Shown here piece by piece: positions 53,355 through 64,000 of a stretch of 64,000 nucleotides of DNA (positions are counted from its first letter, which is position 1; every line of letters starts with the position of its first letter). The translations under genes and the position numbers were made by a program. Source of the DNA: Parcubacteria group bacterium (lineage in GTDB: Bacteria > Patescibacteriota > Minisyncoccia > Moranbacterales > UBA11712); contig JBAZXV010000004.1 of assembly GCA_041659685.1 (NCBI GenBank), forward strand, positions 70,355 to 134,354, given 5' to 3'. Below the pieces are notes generated by a model, which made no database searches, was not told the origin of the DNA, and was given only the letters and a program-made list of their open reading frames with translations.

Positions 53355-54176
53355 ATGTCGCGAGAGATAAAAAACAGGGATTCAGTTAAGAAAAAATATA
53401 TTAAATATTTAAACACCGTGCACGGGGCGAAGAAGTATAATGATTACAAGAAAATTCTCTACGGCCGGCCGGACTCGCTGGTCATTGAGCTTTTCCGGCG
53501 GATCTATCCTAATATTAAAGACCAAAAATCGTTGAAAATTTTGGATGTCGGCGGGGGAGATGGAAAGAGGTTGAAACTCCTATTCGATCTATTGTCAAAA
53601 AAGGGAATTGATGCTTCCGCAACGCTGGTTGAACCTTCGTCTGCTTTTGTCACGGAGCTCAAAAAATCCCTAAAATCCGCGAAAAAATATAATATTAGAG
53701 TTGCGAAAAGAAAATTCGAGGACTATTTTGAAAAAGGCGAGTATGATTTGATTTTATTCATTCACAGCATTTTTACCTTTAAAGGTTCGGTCTATCTCCA
53801 AAAAGCCAAAAAAATGCTGGCGAAAAACGGACTACTTATCGTAATGTCAAACGATCCGAAATCTTTCATTGCGGGGCTGAAAAAAATAACAGATGCGAAA
53901 TTTAGATCTGAGAGAAAAGAAATCGGATCAGTTCTCAGGGATCTGATAAATCATGGGTTTAAGCATAAAATTGAAAAATTCGATACAATTTTTAGAGACG
54001 CCACTAAGGACGATAAGATATCAGCTTCGGGAAAAAAGATTCTCGAATGGATATCTCTTTCGGATTATAAAGATATTAGTGGTAATATAAAAAGCAAGGC
54101 ATTATCATATTTCAAAGGAAAGACTATAAATAATCAGGTGAAGGAAAAAGAGATATTAATAAAATCAAGACAATGA
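53355..54176 (+). CDS. Class I SAM-dependent methyltransferase
   Basis: Motif I ILDVGGGDGKRL. Confidence 0.7.
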   Translation: MSREIKNRDSVKKKYIKYLNTVHGAKKYNDYKKILYGRPDSLVIELFRRIYPNIKDQKSLKILDVGGGDGKRLKLLFDLLSKKGIDASATLVEPSSAFVTELKKSLKSAKKYNIRVAKRKFEDYFEKGEYDLILFIHSIFTFKGSVYLQKAKKMLAKNGLLIVMSNDPKSFIAGLKKITDAKFRSERKEIGSVLRDLINHGFKHKIEKFDTIFRDATKDDKISASGKKILEWISLSDYKDISGNIKSKALSYFKGKTINNQVKEKEILIKSRQ

Positions 54177-54268
54177 TAAAAAAGTCACCTATTCGAATTG
54201 CAATGCTCTTATATGTGCATATATGAGAGTGAAAATATTTTGAGATAAAGAATAATTTTAATATTTTT

Positions 54269-54877
54269 ATGCTTAAAGCCGTTATTTTCGATTTCGACGG
54301 GGTGATTGCGGATACTTTCCAGCTGAATGTCAATATCTCCCGAGAGCAGAAGAAAAAATTTACCCTGAAAGAATTCCGCGATCATCACAACGGCAATGTT
54401 TGGGAAAAGCCGGTTATTCAATATACGAAAAAGAACTTGAAATATGGCTTTGCTGAATATCATTCTCGTCTGGATGGAAGCCTCCTGTTTCCCTTAAAAG
54501 ATCAGATCAAAAAACTCGCAAAAAAACACAAGCTGTTTATCATTTCCAGCAGTCCGGAGAGAAGCATTGAAAAATTTTTGAAGCTTGTAAATATTTCAAA
54601 ATACTTTGAAAAAGTTCTGGGATATTACGCGCATCAGTCAAAAGTTGAGAAATTTAAGATGATTTTTGCGAAGTATAAAGTGAAATCCGAAGAATGCGTC
54701 TTTGTGACTGATTCCTTGGGAGACTTGCGGGAAGCGAAAAAAGTTGAAGTGCCGACGATTGCCGTCACCTGGGGGTATCACGGAAAAACGAGGCTCAAAA
54801 AGGGATCGCCGGACATCATGATCCACAATTTCAAAGATCTTACGGGCGCCGTAAACAAAATAAGAATAACCTTATAA
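54269..54877 (+). CDS. HAD-superfamily hydrolase (β-phosphoglucomutase/phosphatase-like)
   Basis: Motif I VIFDFDGVIADT; …VTDSLGDL… motif IV. Confidence 0.75.
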   Translation: MLKAVIFDFDGVIADTFQLNVNISREQKKKFTLKEFRDHHNGNVWEKPVIQYTKKNLKYGFAEYHSRLDGSLLFPLKDQIKKLAKKHKLFIISSSPERSIEKFLKLVNISKYFEKVLGYYAHQSKVEKFKMIFAKYKVKSEECVFVTDSLGDLREAKKVEVPTIAVTWGYHGKTRLKKGSPDIMIHNFKDLTGAVNKIRITL

Positions 54878-54901
54878 TATTCGTGCCAGCAAACTAGTCC
54901 A

Positions 54902-56302
54902 ATGATGCGATTTTCATTGCTGTTGAGAATGAATTATTTGAGAGAGAAATCTATTATGGAAAAAGCCGAAGAAAAAAAATATCCCGCCAAACACCCCCTC
55001 GAAATTTGGAAAAGCCGGGAAGTAACAGATCTTCTCATTGAATTCTTCGGCGTGAATTTCAAAAAAGCGGGGCTTCCGGAAAAAATGGCGCGGGATCTTA
55101 TTCTTACGGCTTTCAAAAACCGAAAAACAGCGGATCGGGAAGGGCTAAGAAGGGTGTGTGAAAAAATAATGCTCGAAGCGAAAGACCGGGCGAAAAACCC
55201 GCCGGATGAAATTGATCCCATTGAGCTTTTTGACCTTAATGAAACGGAAATGTTTCTCGATATCGGAGCGAACAAGCTTGCGACAATCAATTATCTTGCC
55301 AAAAAACATAAAAATATAAAAAAATTAATCGGCATCGACACGATTCCGCAGAGAAGCAACTTTCACGAACCGCAAAAGAGTTCTTATTTTCAAGTTAGCC
55401 CGAAGGCAAAATCTTTTCCGATCAAAAAAGAATCGGTTGATTTCATCAATTTGCAATTCGTTTTTCATCATTTTCCCGATGCCGGGTCGATAAAGAGAAT
55501 GCTTTCGATTTGCAGAAAAATTCTGAAACCGGGCGGGATGATTCTCCTTTGGGAGGAATCATTCACGAAAAAATTTGATCCGGAAATGATAAAAATAAAC
55601 AGGCGGCTGGGAATCAAGACGGACAAAATTATTACGGAAAAGTTTTATTCTTTAAACGAAAAAAAACGCTGGGAATTCATTATCGCGAATGATTGGCTCA
55701 TCAATGTCAGCAGTTCGCACATGCCTTGGACCGGCCAATACAGAACTTGGCCGGAATGGGAGAAACTGATGTATGACGCCGGGTTCTATTTCAAAAAAAG
55801 CTATAATTTTGGCCTTCGCGCGAGCGGCCGCCTGAAGCAGGGAGCGCATATGATTGGGATGTTCAAAAAACTGAAAATCTTGAACGGATCGAATGTTTTT
55901 GTGAAAAATAGGAAATTAAAAAAGATTCTGTTTGTTCTTCGAGACAACAAGCCGAATATTCTTTACCCGGGAAAATGGGGAAATTTTGGCGGAGGGGTGG
56001 AAGAAGGAGAGTCTCCGCTTGAGGCAATTAAAAGAGAAATCAAAGAAGAGTCGAATATAAAAATTTCGAATTTTAAGCTTCTGGGAAAAGAAAAAGTCAC
56101 TCATATCTTGTGCGGTGAAAAATTTCCGCGGACTAGCCACTATTACATTGCTGAAACGGACGCAAAGCTTGGCGAGACAAAAATTTTCGAAGGGCAAAGG
56201 GCAAGATATTTCACGCTCAAAGAAATTCTTGCGAATAAAAATCTTGGCCCGGTAGCCCGAAAGATGATAAAAAAATATTATAAAGAAATAAGCAGTTTCT
56301 AG
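54902..56302 (+). CDS. Two-domain protein: N-terminal class I SAM-methyltransferase-like domain fused to a C-terminal NUDIX hydrolase
   Basis: MTase post-II motif …ILKPGGMILLWEE…; Nudix box …GKWGNFGGGVEEGESPLEAIKREIKEESN…. The start may be at 54959. Confidence 0.65.
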   Translation: MMRFSLLLRMNYLREKSIMEKAEEKKYPAKHPLEIWKSREVTDLLIEFFGVNFKKAGLPEKMARDLILTAFKNRKTADREGLRRVCEKIMLEAKDRAKNPPDEIDPIELFDLNETEMFLDIGANKLATINYLAKKHKNIKKLIGIDTIPQRSNFHEPQKSSYFQVSPKAKSFPIKKESVDFINLQFVFHHFPDAGSIKRMLSICRKILKPGGMILLWEESFTKKFDPEMIKINRRLGIKTDKIITEKFYSLNEKKRWEFIIANDWLINVSSSHMPWTGQYRTWPEWEKLMYDAGFYFKKSYNFGLRASGRLKQGAHMIGMFKKLKILNGSNVFVKNRKLKKILFVLRDNKPNILYPGKWGNFGGGVEEGESPLEAIKREIKEESNIKISNFKLLGKEKVTHILCGEKFPRTSHYYIAETDAKLGETKIFEGQRARYFTLKEILANKNLGPVARKMIKKYYKEISSF

Positions 56303-56523
56303 CTTGGATCAAATGAAAGAAATCTAAAGAGATATTGTTTCTTCTGACTGCTGGCATATTCCGGGCGGCAGTGTAAAAAAGGCGAAACAAAAATTGAAGT
56401 CCGGCAGCGACTTATATGCTTGTCGCCGGGTTGGAATAGAAGATGTAAATAATGAATTTACACGTTTTTTAATTAATGATATAATTTAAAATAATCGGGT
56501 AATAATTAATAATTATATAAAAA

Positions 56524-57567
56524 ATGAAAATAAAAACAAAGCAGGTGATTTTGGCGAGCATCGCCCTGATTGCCATGGTTGCGATGGCGGTGCCGGTTAT
56601 GGCTGAGCCAAATCAAGGAGATCAGAGAGAAATGCCGGGTCCGGATGACATGTTTTGGGCAATTTTTTCCCAGATGTCAACACCGGATGATACCGCAAAT
56701 TGCCTGGTCGCGCTTGATAACTACATAACCCAGCATCCGACTGATTTTAGCGAACCAGATGGAGATACGTCCCAGGCGCGCTCAGAAATGACGCAGATGT
56801 GTTCTCAAGTAGCGCAAATGAGAACTGAAATGGAAGGCGGCATGGCCGCTGACGGTGCGATTACTAATCTCTTCGATACGGAAAACACAAACTGGCACGC
56901 GATCAATAATCTGTATTTTCAGAAAAACGAAAACGGCGTGCCGATGGGACGAATTGGTTTTTCCAATACGATCGATTTCATGACTTATCGTTTCTTCAGT
57001 TTCATGAATAATTTCGGCAACCTTGTTCAGTTTAATGACGGATATATCAGCCTCAATGCCGCCATGGTGCCGGATATGATTAATTACGGAGCCACCCTTA
57101 CCATGTATGGCCTTGATTTTTCCGAGCAGCCTGATATCTATGTGTCAAACGGAGCAAATATGAGAAAGGCCGTCGAGGGAGCCGATATAAGCGGAATCAC
57201 TTGGGACGCGACGGCGAAAACTTTGTCTTTTACTCCGGGACATTTCAGTTCTTTCAAAGCGGTTGAAAAAGGATCGAAGTTAAAGGCAATGAAAATTTCG
57301 AGCGTAAAGAAAAAGACGATAAAATATAAGGCCGGAAAAACTTTCAAATTGACGGTAAAAGGCAAGAACCTCTATAAAAAAGGATCGGACGTTAGCTGTA
57401 CTCTCGGTTTTCAGCAAGCGGCCAAAGTTCGGTCGGCGAGAAACGGCAAAAAAGTCACCTGCACCTACGGCATGGACAGCTTTATTCAAGGATCCACTTA
57501 TCCTTTGACGATTTCCATTATTGGAAATGGCGAAGTGACTCGAACAAATGCGGTTCGAATAAAATAA
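56524..57567 (+). CDS. Secreted hypothetical protein (signal peptide)
   Basis: N-terminal MKIKTKQVILASIALIAMVAMAVPVMA with a cleavage-like site; an extended -10 TGATATAAT lies upstream. Confidence 0.55.
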   Translation: MKIKTKQVILASIALIAMVAMAVPVMAEPNQGDQREMPGPDDMFWAIFSQMSTPDDTANCLVALDNYITQHPTDFSEPDGDTSQARSEMTQMCSQVAQMRTEMEGGMAADGAITNLFDTENTNWHAINNLYFQKNENGVPMGRIGFSNTIDFMTYRFFSFMNNFGNLVQFNDGYISLNAAMVPDMINYGATLTMYGLDFSEQPDIYVSNGANMRKAVEGADISGITWDATAKTLSFTPGHFSSFKAVEKGSKLKAMKISSVKKKTIKYKAGKTFKLTVKGKNLYKKGSDVSCTLGFQQAAKVRSARNGKKVTCTYGMDSFIQGSTYPLTISIIGNGEVTRTNAVRIK

Positions 57568-57592
57568 TAAGATTGACTTGGTCTCTTATCAA

Positions 57593-57624
57593 AGAAACCT
57601 CCTGAATTTCGGGAGGTTTCTTTT
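57593..57624 (+). terminator. Rho-independent terminator (10-bp stem GAAACCTCC…GGGAGGTTTC plus TTTT)
   Basis: Perfect stem directly 3' of the 56524 gene. Confidence 0.65.
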
Positions 57625-57759
57625 GCGTCAGCCGGGGACAATTGATTGCAAAATTATTGAAGGAATAGTATAATTAAAAAAGAAAAAGTATTCGATCAGT
57701 TGGCTGTTTTTTTGAGCTATTTTAGCATAAGCATCCGCTTTTTAGGAGGCGGTATTTAG

Positions 57760-57788
57760 TTGCATTTGTCTTAAAAATCTGCTACAAT
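57760..57788 (+). promoter_or_regulatory. Sigma70-type promoter TTGCAT-N17-TACAAT
   Basis: Read directly from the sequence; ~60 nt upstream of the 57848 gene. Confidence 0.45.
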
Positions 57789-57847
57789 AACAAGAGTAAC
57801 ATAAGGAGTCCGCCTGGTTAAGCGCCGCAAAGCGGCAATTTCGCCCG

Positions 57848-58240
57848 GTGTCACCATTCAACGGAACAAAAATGACAATTCGCGCCTACCTTTGGGGAAT
57901 GAGGCTCAGCACAATAGTTGCGCTTTGCTGTCTGGGGGTCGTTATATATTATGTCAATCCGGCAAGAGACGGTTTGATCGGACAGGTTTTGTTTTATGTA
58001 AGTCTTTTCTTTTCGGTCACGGGGCTGGCCACACTGTTTTTATTTTGGCTCCGGAGGTTATTTTCCCGAAACGAAACTGCTTACCTTAATGTCGGAATCA
58101 GTTTTCGCCAAGGAATGCTGGTCGCGTTTGCCGTAACGGGAATGTTTATCCTTCAGAGTTTCCGATTTCTCATCTGGTGGGACGCGGGACTGGTAATAGT
58201 GGCGGCCTTGCTTATCGAGCTCTGGTTCCTATCTAAATGA
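57848..58240 (+). CDS. Small hypothetical membrane protein (4 TM)
   Basis: 130 aa, hydrophobic. Confidence 0.5.
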   Translation: MSPFNGTKMTIRAYLWGMRLSTIVALCCLGVVIYYVNPARDGLIGQVLFYVSLFFSVTGLATLFLFWLRRLFSRNETAYLNVGISFRQGMLVAFAVTGMFILQSFRFLIWWDAGLVIVAALLIELWFLSK

Positions 58241-58291
58241 ATTATGAAGTAGGAATTAGGAATTATGTATTCCAAATTGCATAATTCGTAA

Positions 58292-60367
<2,076 letters not shown>

Positions 60368-60438
60368 CAATTATTTCAAAAAAGCGTTTTTTCTATACTT
60401 TTTCTCTAAATAAATTGAATAAGTATTAAATAAAAAAT

Positions 60439-60897
60439 ATGGAAAATATGCAAGCCGGCCTGGCCGATGCTATGGAGGTCGTTCGAATAGGAGAAGAAAG
60501 GCTGAAGAAAGTATTAATGGAAATCAAAGATCCGGTTGGGTTATTGAAAGAAAGGGTGAATCAGGGAGTCGATCTTGGAAAATATGATTCAGAAATTCAA
60601 AAGGAAGTCATCGATGCTATGCAGGAAAGAGTTTATAGGGGAATAAAAGATTTGAATATCATTTCGGGAGGAGGGGATGATTTGGCTTCTCTTCCTCAGG
60701 CGCGGATGATATCCCAAGAGGATTATGAAAAATTAAACGCGTTATCCTTCGGTATTATCGGCGAGCTTTTGTCGGTCGTTGAGGAACGAGAACTTTCCGC
60801 GCAATCTTTCATCGTCGCCGGAACCGCCTACTATTATAATGTGACGATGAATAAAAGAGTTCAGCCGGGAAAAACTAAAAATCAGCCCGAACACTAA
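60439..60897 (+). CDS. Hypothetical protein
   Basis: 152-aa ORF. Confidence 0.45.
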   Translation: MENMQAGLADAMEVVRIGEERLKKVLMEIKDPVGLLKERVNQGVDLGKYDSEIQKEVIDAMQERVYRGIKDLNIISGGGDDLASLPQARMISQEDYEKLNALSFGIIGELLSVVEERELSAQSFIVAGTAYYYNVTMNKRVQPGKTKNQPEH

Positions 60898-61103
60898 TTT
60901 TTCTTATTATTAATTAATCCACCCTCTTAACATTAATTTTGCAGTGGTGAAGTATGACCGTAAAGTCTATAAATGGCCATTATAAGGCCATTTTTTGCTA
61001 TGTGAATTTTGCTATTGACTAATACCTATGATTATGCTACTATTAAGCATTGTCAATGAAATCATATTGGCAATGTTCCTAAAAATGAAGGAGGGTGCTT
61101 TGT

Positions 61104-61508
61104 ATGTATCCACAGCAAGTTTTTGAGGGTCGGAGAGGCAAGTTTTTTTTCTGTCGGGTTCCGGTTGAGTTTTGGCAGGAAGATATGTATCGCTATTCTC
61201 TCAACGAACCGATGCATGCCAGCGCTGAATATTCTGGCGAGAAACCTGAATGGGGATGGCCGACTAATGAAATAACTTTCCGCCTGCGTCCAAATACGGA
61301 AAAACCGCAAACGAGTTATTTCTATGCCGTAGGCTGGCTTGTTGAAGAAGAATCAAGGATTGATGACATCGATCCGGAGGAAGATATTCTCGTTTTTCTT
61401 TTTCTGGTAAAGAAATTGCACAGCGATAAATATCATTCCTATGATTGTTGGGAACGGAGGTTGATTTACACGGGTAATGATGATACATGGCACGAAAGTC
61501 TTTACTAA
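61104..61508 (+). CDS. Hypothetical protein
   Basis: ORF with an AAGGAGGG SD 11 nt upstream of the ATG at 61104 (the ORF track uses GTG at 61095). A terminator hairpin and a promoter-like TTGACT…TACTAT lie upstream. Confidence 0.45.
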   Translation: MYPQQVFEGRRGKFFFCRVPVEFWQEDMYRYSLNEPMHASAEYSGEKPEWGWPTNEITFRLRPNTEKPQTSYFYAVGWLVEEESRIDDIDPEEDILVFLFLVKKLHSDKYHSYDCWERRLIYTGNDDTWHESLY

Positions 61509-61687
61509 AAATCTGATGTAAGGAATTGCGGATGCAGGTCTGATTATGATTCAGTAGCTCCTAGCTCTTTTGAGAATAGTGTGTAAAGAAAGTAGAAAAA
61601 ATATATTAATTACCGTCACTATGCGTAGAGGCGGTCTTTTTTTACCTATTTGACAGGATTTTTAGAATGCTATAATATAACAACAGA

Positions 61688-61714
61688 TAAAAAAGCCCCC
61701 GAAAGGCTTTTTAA
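61688..61714. terminator. Bidirectional Rho-independent terminator (AAAAAGCC-CCCGAAA-GGCTTTTT)
   Basis: 8-bp stem flanked by an A-run and a T-run, 15 nt upstream of secE. Confidence 0.55.
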
Positions 61715-61728
61715 AAAAGGCTAAAAAA

Positions 61729-61923
61729 ATGGCGGAAAATAAAGTTGCTACATTTATAAAGGAAGCGCGCGGCGAACTCAAGAAGGTCAATTGGCCAACC
61801 AGGGACCAAACGATAAAATATACCGGAATGGTCATTGGCTTCAGTTTGTCAGTGGCGATTTTTCTCGGGGTTCTGGATTATTTTTTTGAGTATGTCCTGA
61901 GGACTGTGGTAATAAAATATTAG
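61729..61923 (+). CDS. secE: Preprotein translocase subunit SecE
   Basis: 64 aa, single C-terminal TM, …VNWPTRDQTIKYTGMVIGFSLSVAIFLG…; upstream of nusG. Confidence 0.85.
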   Translation: MAENKVATFIKEARGELKKVNWPTRDQTIKYTGMVIGFSLSVAIFLGVLDYFFEYVLRTVVIKY

Positions 61924-62030
61924 GAAGGTTTCATTTGGAAACGCAGTGCGGCGGTTATTTTTGAAAAAAATAGAAAGATTGGCGAAATTGGATTTTTTTG
62001 TTTTTTATTGTTTGATATTTTCAATAATTT

Positions 62031-62576
62031 ATGGCTAAACAAACTCAACATCACGGCCGCGCCTGGTATGCCATCCATACCTATTCCGGCTACGAAGACA
62101 ACGTGGCCAAGAACCTGAAGCAAAGAATTGAATCGCTTGATATGCAGGACAGGATTTTTGACGTGATGGTTCCTAAGGAAAAAAAGATCAAAATCAAGAA
62201 CGGGAAAAGGACGGTTATTGAAGACAGGATATTTCCCGGGTATGTTCTTGTGGAAATGGTTGTAACGGATGACTCATGGTATGTTGTCCGAAACACGCCG
62301 AATGTGACAGGTTTCATCGGTCTGGGAACAACTCCTACTCCGATTGCCCAGGAGGAAATAGACTCAATGAAGAAAAGAATGGGAGTCTCCGAACCAAAAT
62401 ATAAGATTGATGTTCAGAAAGGCGATGCGATTAAAATCGTGGATGGGCCGTTCAAGGAATTTGACGGAAAAGTTGACGTTATCGATGAGGCTCGCGGGAA
62501 AATAAAAGTGCTGGTTTCGATATTCGGGCGGGAAACGCCGGTGGAACTGGACTTTTTACAAATTAAGAAAATATAA
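62031..62576 (+). CDS. nusG: Transcription termination/antitermination factor NusG
   Basis: NGN domain (…WYAIHTYSGYEDNVAKNL…) and KOW (…GDAIKIVDGPFKEFDGKV…). Confidence 0.93.
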   Translation: MAKQTQHHGRAWYAIHTYSGYEDNVAKNLKQRIESLDMQDRIFDVMVPKEKKIKIKNGKRTVIEDRIFPGYVLVEMVVTDDSWYVVRNTPNVTGFIGLGTTPTPIAQEEIDSMKKRMGVSEPKYKIDVQKGDAIKIVDGPFKEFDGKVDVIDEARGKIKVLVSIFGRETPVELDFLQIKKI

Positions 62577-62580
62577 TTTT

Positions 62581-62662
62581 CGCATAACGCATAACGCGAA
62601 ACGCGACTCGCAAAAGGAAAAAAATTCCAGTTGAGTGTCGAGTTACGAGTTGCGGGTGTCGT
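62581..62662 (+). repeat. CATAACGC-family imperfect hairpin repeat, copy 3 (between nusG and rplK)
   Basis: CGCATAACGCATAACGCGAAACGCGACTCGC … GAGTGTCGAGTTACGAGTTGCGGGTGTCGTA. Confidence 0.45.
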
Positions 62663-62668
62663 AAAAAA

Positions 62669-63091
62669 ATGGCTAAACCAATCAAAACAGTTGTTAAATT
62701 GCAAATTAAAGCCGGGCAAGCCAATCCGGCTCCTCCTGTCGGCCCCGCCTTGGGCCAGCACGGTCTTAATATTCAGGATTTCTGCCTGAAATTCAACGAT
62801 GCAACGAAAGACAAAATGGGAAATGTGATTCCTGTTGAAATAACGGTTTATGAAGATCGCAGTTTTGATTTTATATTAAAAACTCCTCCGGCGGCTGAGC
62901 TTCTCAAAAAAGCGGCCAAAGTCGAAAAAGGAGCGGCGGATCCGCTGAAGCAAAAGGTGGGGACGGTAACAAAAGCCCAGGTTCGCCAAATTGCCGAAGC
63001 GAAAATGACGGATCTTAATGCCAACGATGTTGAGCAGGCAATGAAAATTATTGAGGGAACAGCGAGAAGCATGGGCATTAAAGTGGAATAA
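62669..63091 (+). CDS. rplK: 50S ribosomal protein L11
   Basis: …[30 protein letters not shown]…; conserved L11. Confidence 0.95.
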   Translation: MAKPIKTVVKLQIKAGQANPAPPVGPALGQHGLNIQDFCLKFNDATKDKMGNVIPVEITVYEDRSFDFILKTPPAAELLKKAAKVEKGAADPLKQKVGTVTKAQVRQIAEAKMTDLNANDVEQAMKIIEGTARSMGIKVE

Positions 63092-63100
63092 TATTTTTTG

Positions 63101-63180
63101 ATTTAAGAAATAAGATTTATGATTTATGAATCGATTTCTTCCTGAATTTCTTAAATCTTAAATCGTAAATCATAAATCGG
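63101..63180 (+). promoter_or_regulatory. Structured rplA leader with two overlapping, mutually exclusive or pseudoknotted helices (candidate L1 autoregulatory site)
   Basis: GATTTAAGAAAT (63101-63112) is complementary to ATTTCTTAAATC (63147-63158). GATTTATGATTTATG (≈63114-63128) is complementary to CGTAAATCATAAATC (≈63164-63178). Confidence 0.4.
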
Positions 63181-63186
63181 AATAAA

Positions 63187-63834
63187 ATGATCACAGAAAA
63201 TGACAAAAAAGAATATCCTATAACCGAAGCCATTGCTGAGGTAAAAAAGAACGCCAAAGCCAAATTCGACGAATCAGTCGAAGTTCATGTTCGGCTTTCC
63301 ATTGATCCGAAAAAATCAGACCAGCAGGTGCGCGGCGTGGCCGAGCTTCCGAATGGAACAGGCAAAAGCGTAAAGATTGCAGTGTTCACAACCACCGAAA
63401 AAAAAGCGGCCGAAGAAGCGGGTGCGGATACAGTCGGCGGAGAAGAGCTGATTGACAAGATAAAGTCTTCCGGAAAAATCGACGCGGACATTGCTATCGC
63501 CACTCCGGAGATGATGCCGAAGCTTGCGACGATCGCGAAAATATTGGGGCCGAAAGGACTGATGCCGAATCCGAAAAATAAGACCGTTACTCCGAAAGTA
63601 AAAGAAATAATAGAATCCCTGAAGAAAGGAAGAGCTGATTTCAAAAATGACAATTCGGGGAACATCCACCAGATTATCGGAAAAGTTTCTTTTGAAACGG
63701 AAAAGCTCGAAGGAAATTTCAAGTCATTTATTGAAGCGCTCAATAAATCGAAACCGGAAACACTCAAAGGAAAGCTTACGAAAAGCATTTCAATATGTTC
63801 CACAATGGGAAAATCTTACAGAGTATCTGCATAA
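63187..63834 (+). CDS. rplA: 50S ribosomal protein L1
   Basis: …VEVHVRLSIDPKKSDQQVRG…AIATPEMMPKLA…ILGPKGLMPNPK…; L1 family. Confidence 0.93.
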   Translation: MITENDKKEYPITEAIAEVKKNAKAKFDESVEVHVRLSIDPKKSDQQVRGVAELPNGTGKSVKIAVFTTTEKKAAEEAGADTVGGEELIDKIKSSGKIDADIAIATPEMMPKLATIAKILGPKGLMPNPKNKTVTPKVKEIIESLKKGRADFKNDNSGNIHQIIGKVSFETEKLEGNFKSFIEALNKSKPETLKGKLTKSISICSTMGKSYRVSA

Positions 63835-63888
63835 ATCGCAAAAAGTTCAAGAATGAAAATCTTGGACTTTTTGTTTCTCTTTCATATT

Positions 63889-64000
63889 ATGGAATCAAAA
63901 AAAATAATTATCGGCCTTGTCGGAGAAATGGGGTCGGGCAAAGACACAGTCGCTGAATATCTGAAAAACGAATGCGGGGCGCAGCTTTTCAGGTTTAGCG
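63889..64000 (+). CDS. P-loop nucleotide/nucleoside kinase-like protein, N-terminal fragment (3' end outside window)
   Basis: Walker A IIIGLVGEMGSGKDTVAEYL; dephospho-CoA-kinase- or cytidylate-kinase-like. Confidence 0.5.
   Translation, partial: MESKKIIIGLVGEMGSGKDTVAEYLKNECGAQLFRFS

Overview
This is a low-GC (~40%) bacterial window whose gene content and r-protein architecture look like a small-genome Patescibacteria/CPR-type organism. That assignment is inference: L30 and adk are absent from the spc region, L23 and L22 carry lysine/glutamate-rich extensions, L24 has a Zn-ribbon tail, and the genes are small and fermentative. TAG, TAA and TGA are all used as stops, so the standard code 11 applies.

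Positions 1-13263 hold the tuf 3' end and then an almost complete S10-spc superoperon. It runs from rpsJ to rplO, followed by secY, map and ruvX, with unusually long spacers carrying recurring CGCGAAT motifs. Positions 61.7-64 kb hold secE-nusG-rplK-rplA. Between them lies an accessory stretch:

- Central metabolism and a fermentative hydrogenase: galT, tpiA and a class II fba, followed after a two-component pair and a membrane protein by a NuoE/NuoF-like pair fused to an [FeFe]-hydrogenase HydA.
- A dGTPase-like HD protein next to a Ppx/GppA phosphatase.
- A conspicuously GC-rich (~60%) 414-aa gene with a coiled-coil tail, probably horizontally acquired.
- A tRNA hotspot (tRNA-Met(CAU), a second tRNA(CAU), a 14-nt tRNA-Asp 5' fragment, and tRNA-Asp). 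It harbours an HTH + LAGLIDADG-like gene broken by a single in-frame TAG and a further GC-rich ORF.
- rlmN, followed by a long run of small enzymes: Nudix x3, HD, creatininase family, a CDA-fold deaminase-domain protein, histidine phosphatases, SDR x2, SAM-MTases, HAD, and an MTase-Nudix fusion.
- Four near-identical consensus promoters (TTGATT-N17-TATATT) in front of genes in that run.
- A TrpR/YerC-like regulator bracketed by two copies of a >=24-bp perfect palindrome.

Several dispersed intergenic repeat families (CATAACGCATAACGC; a GCGAAT-stem hairpin; a CTCAAA tandem/inverted array) and a duplicated gene fragment flanking a kinase-like ORF are not explained by the annotation. No CRISPR array or cas gene is present.

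All calls are from reading the sequence; no database searches were run. Coordinates of small RNA and DNA elements are accurate to about +/-2 nt.
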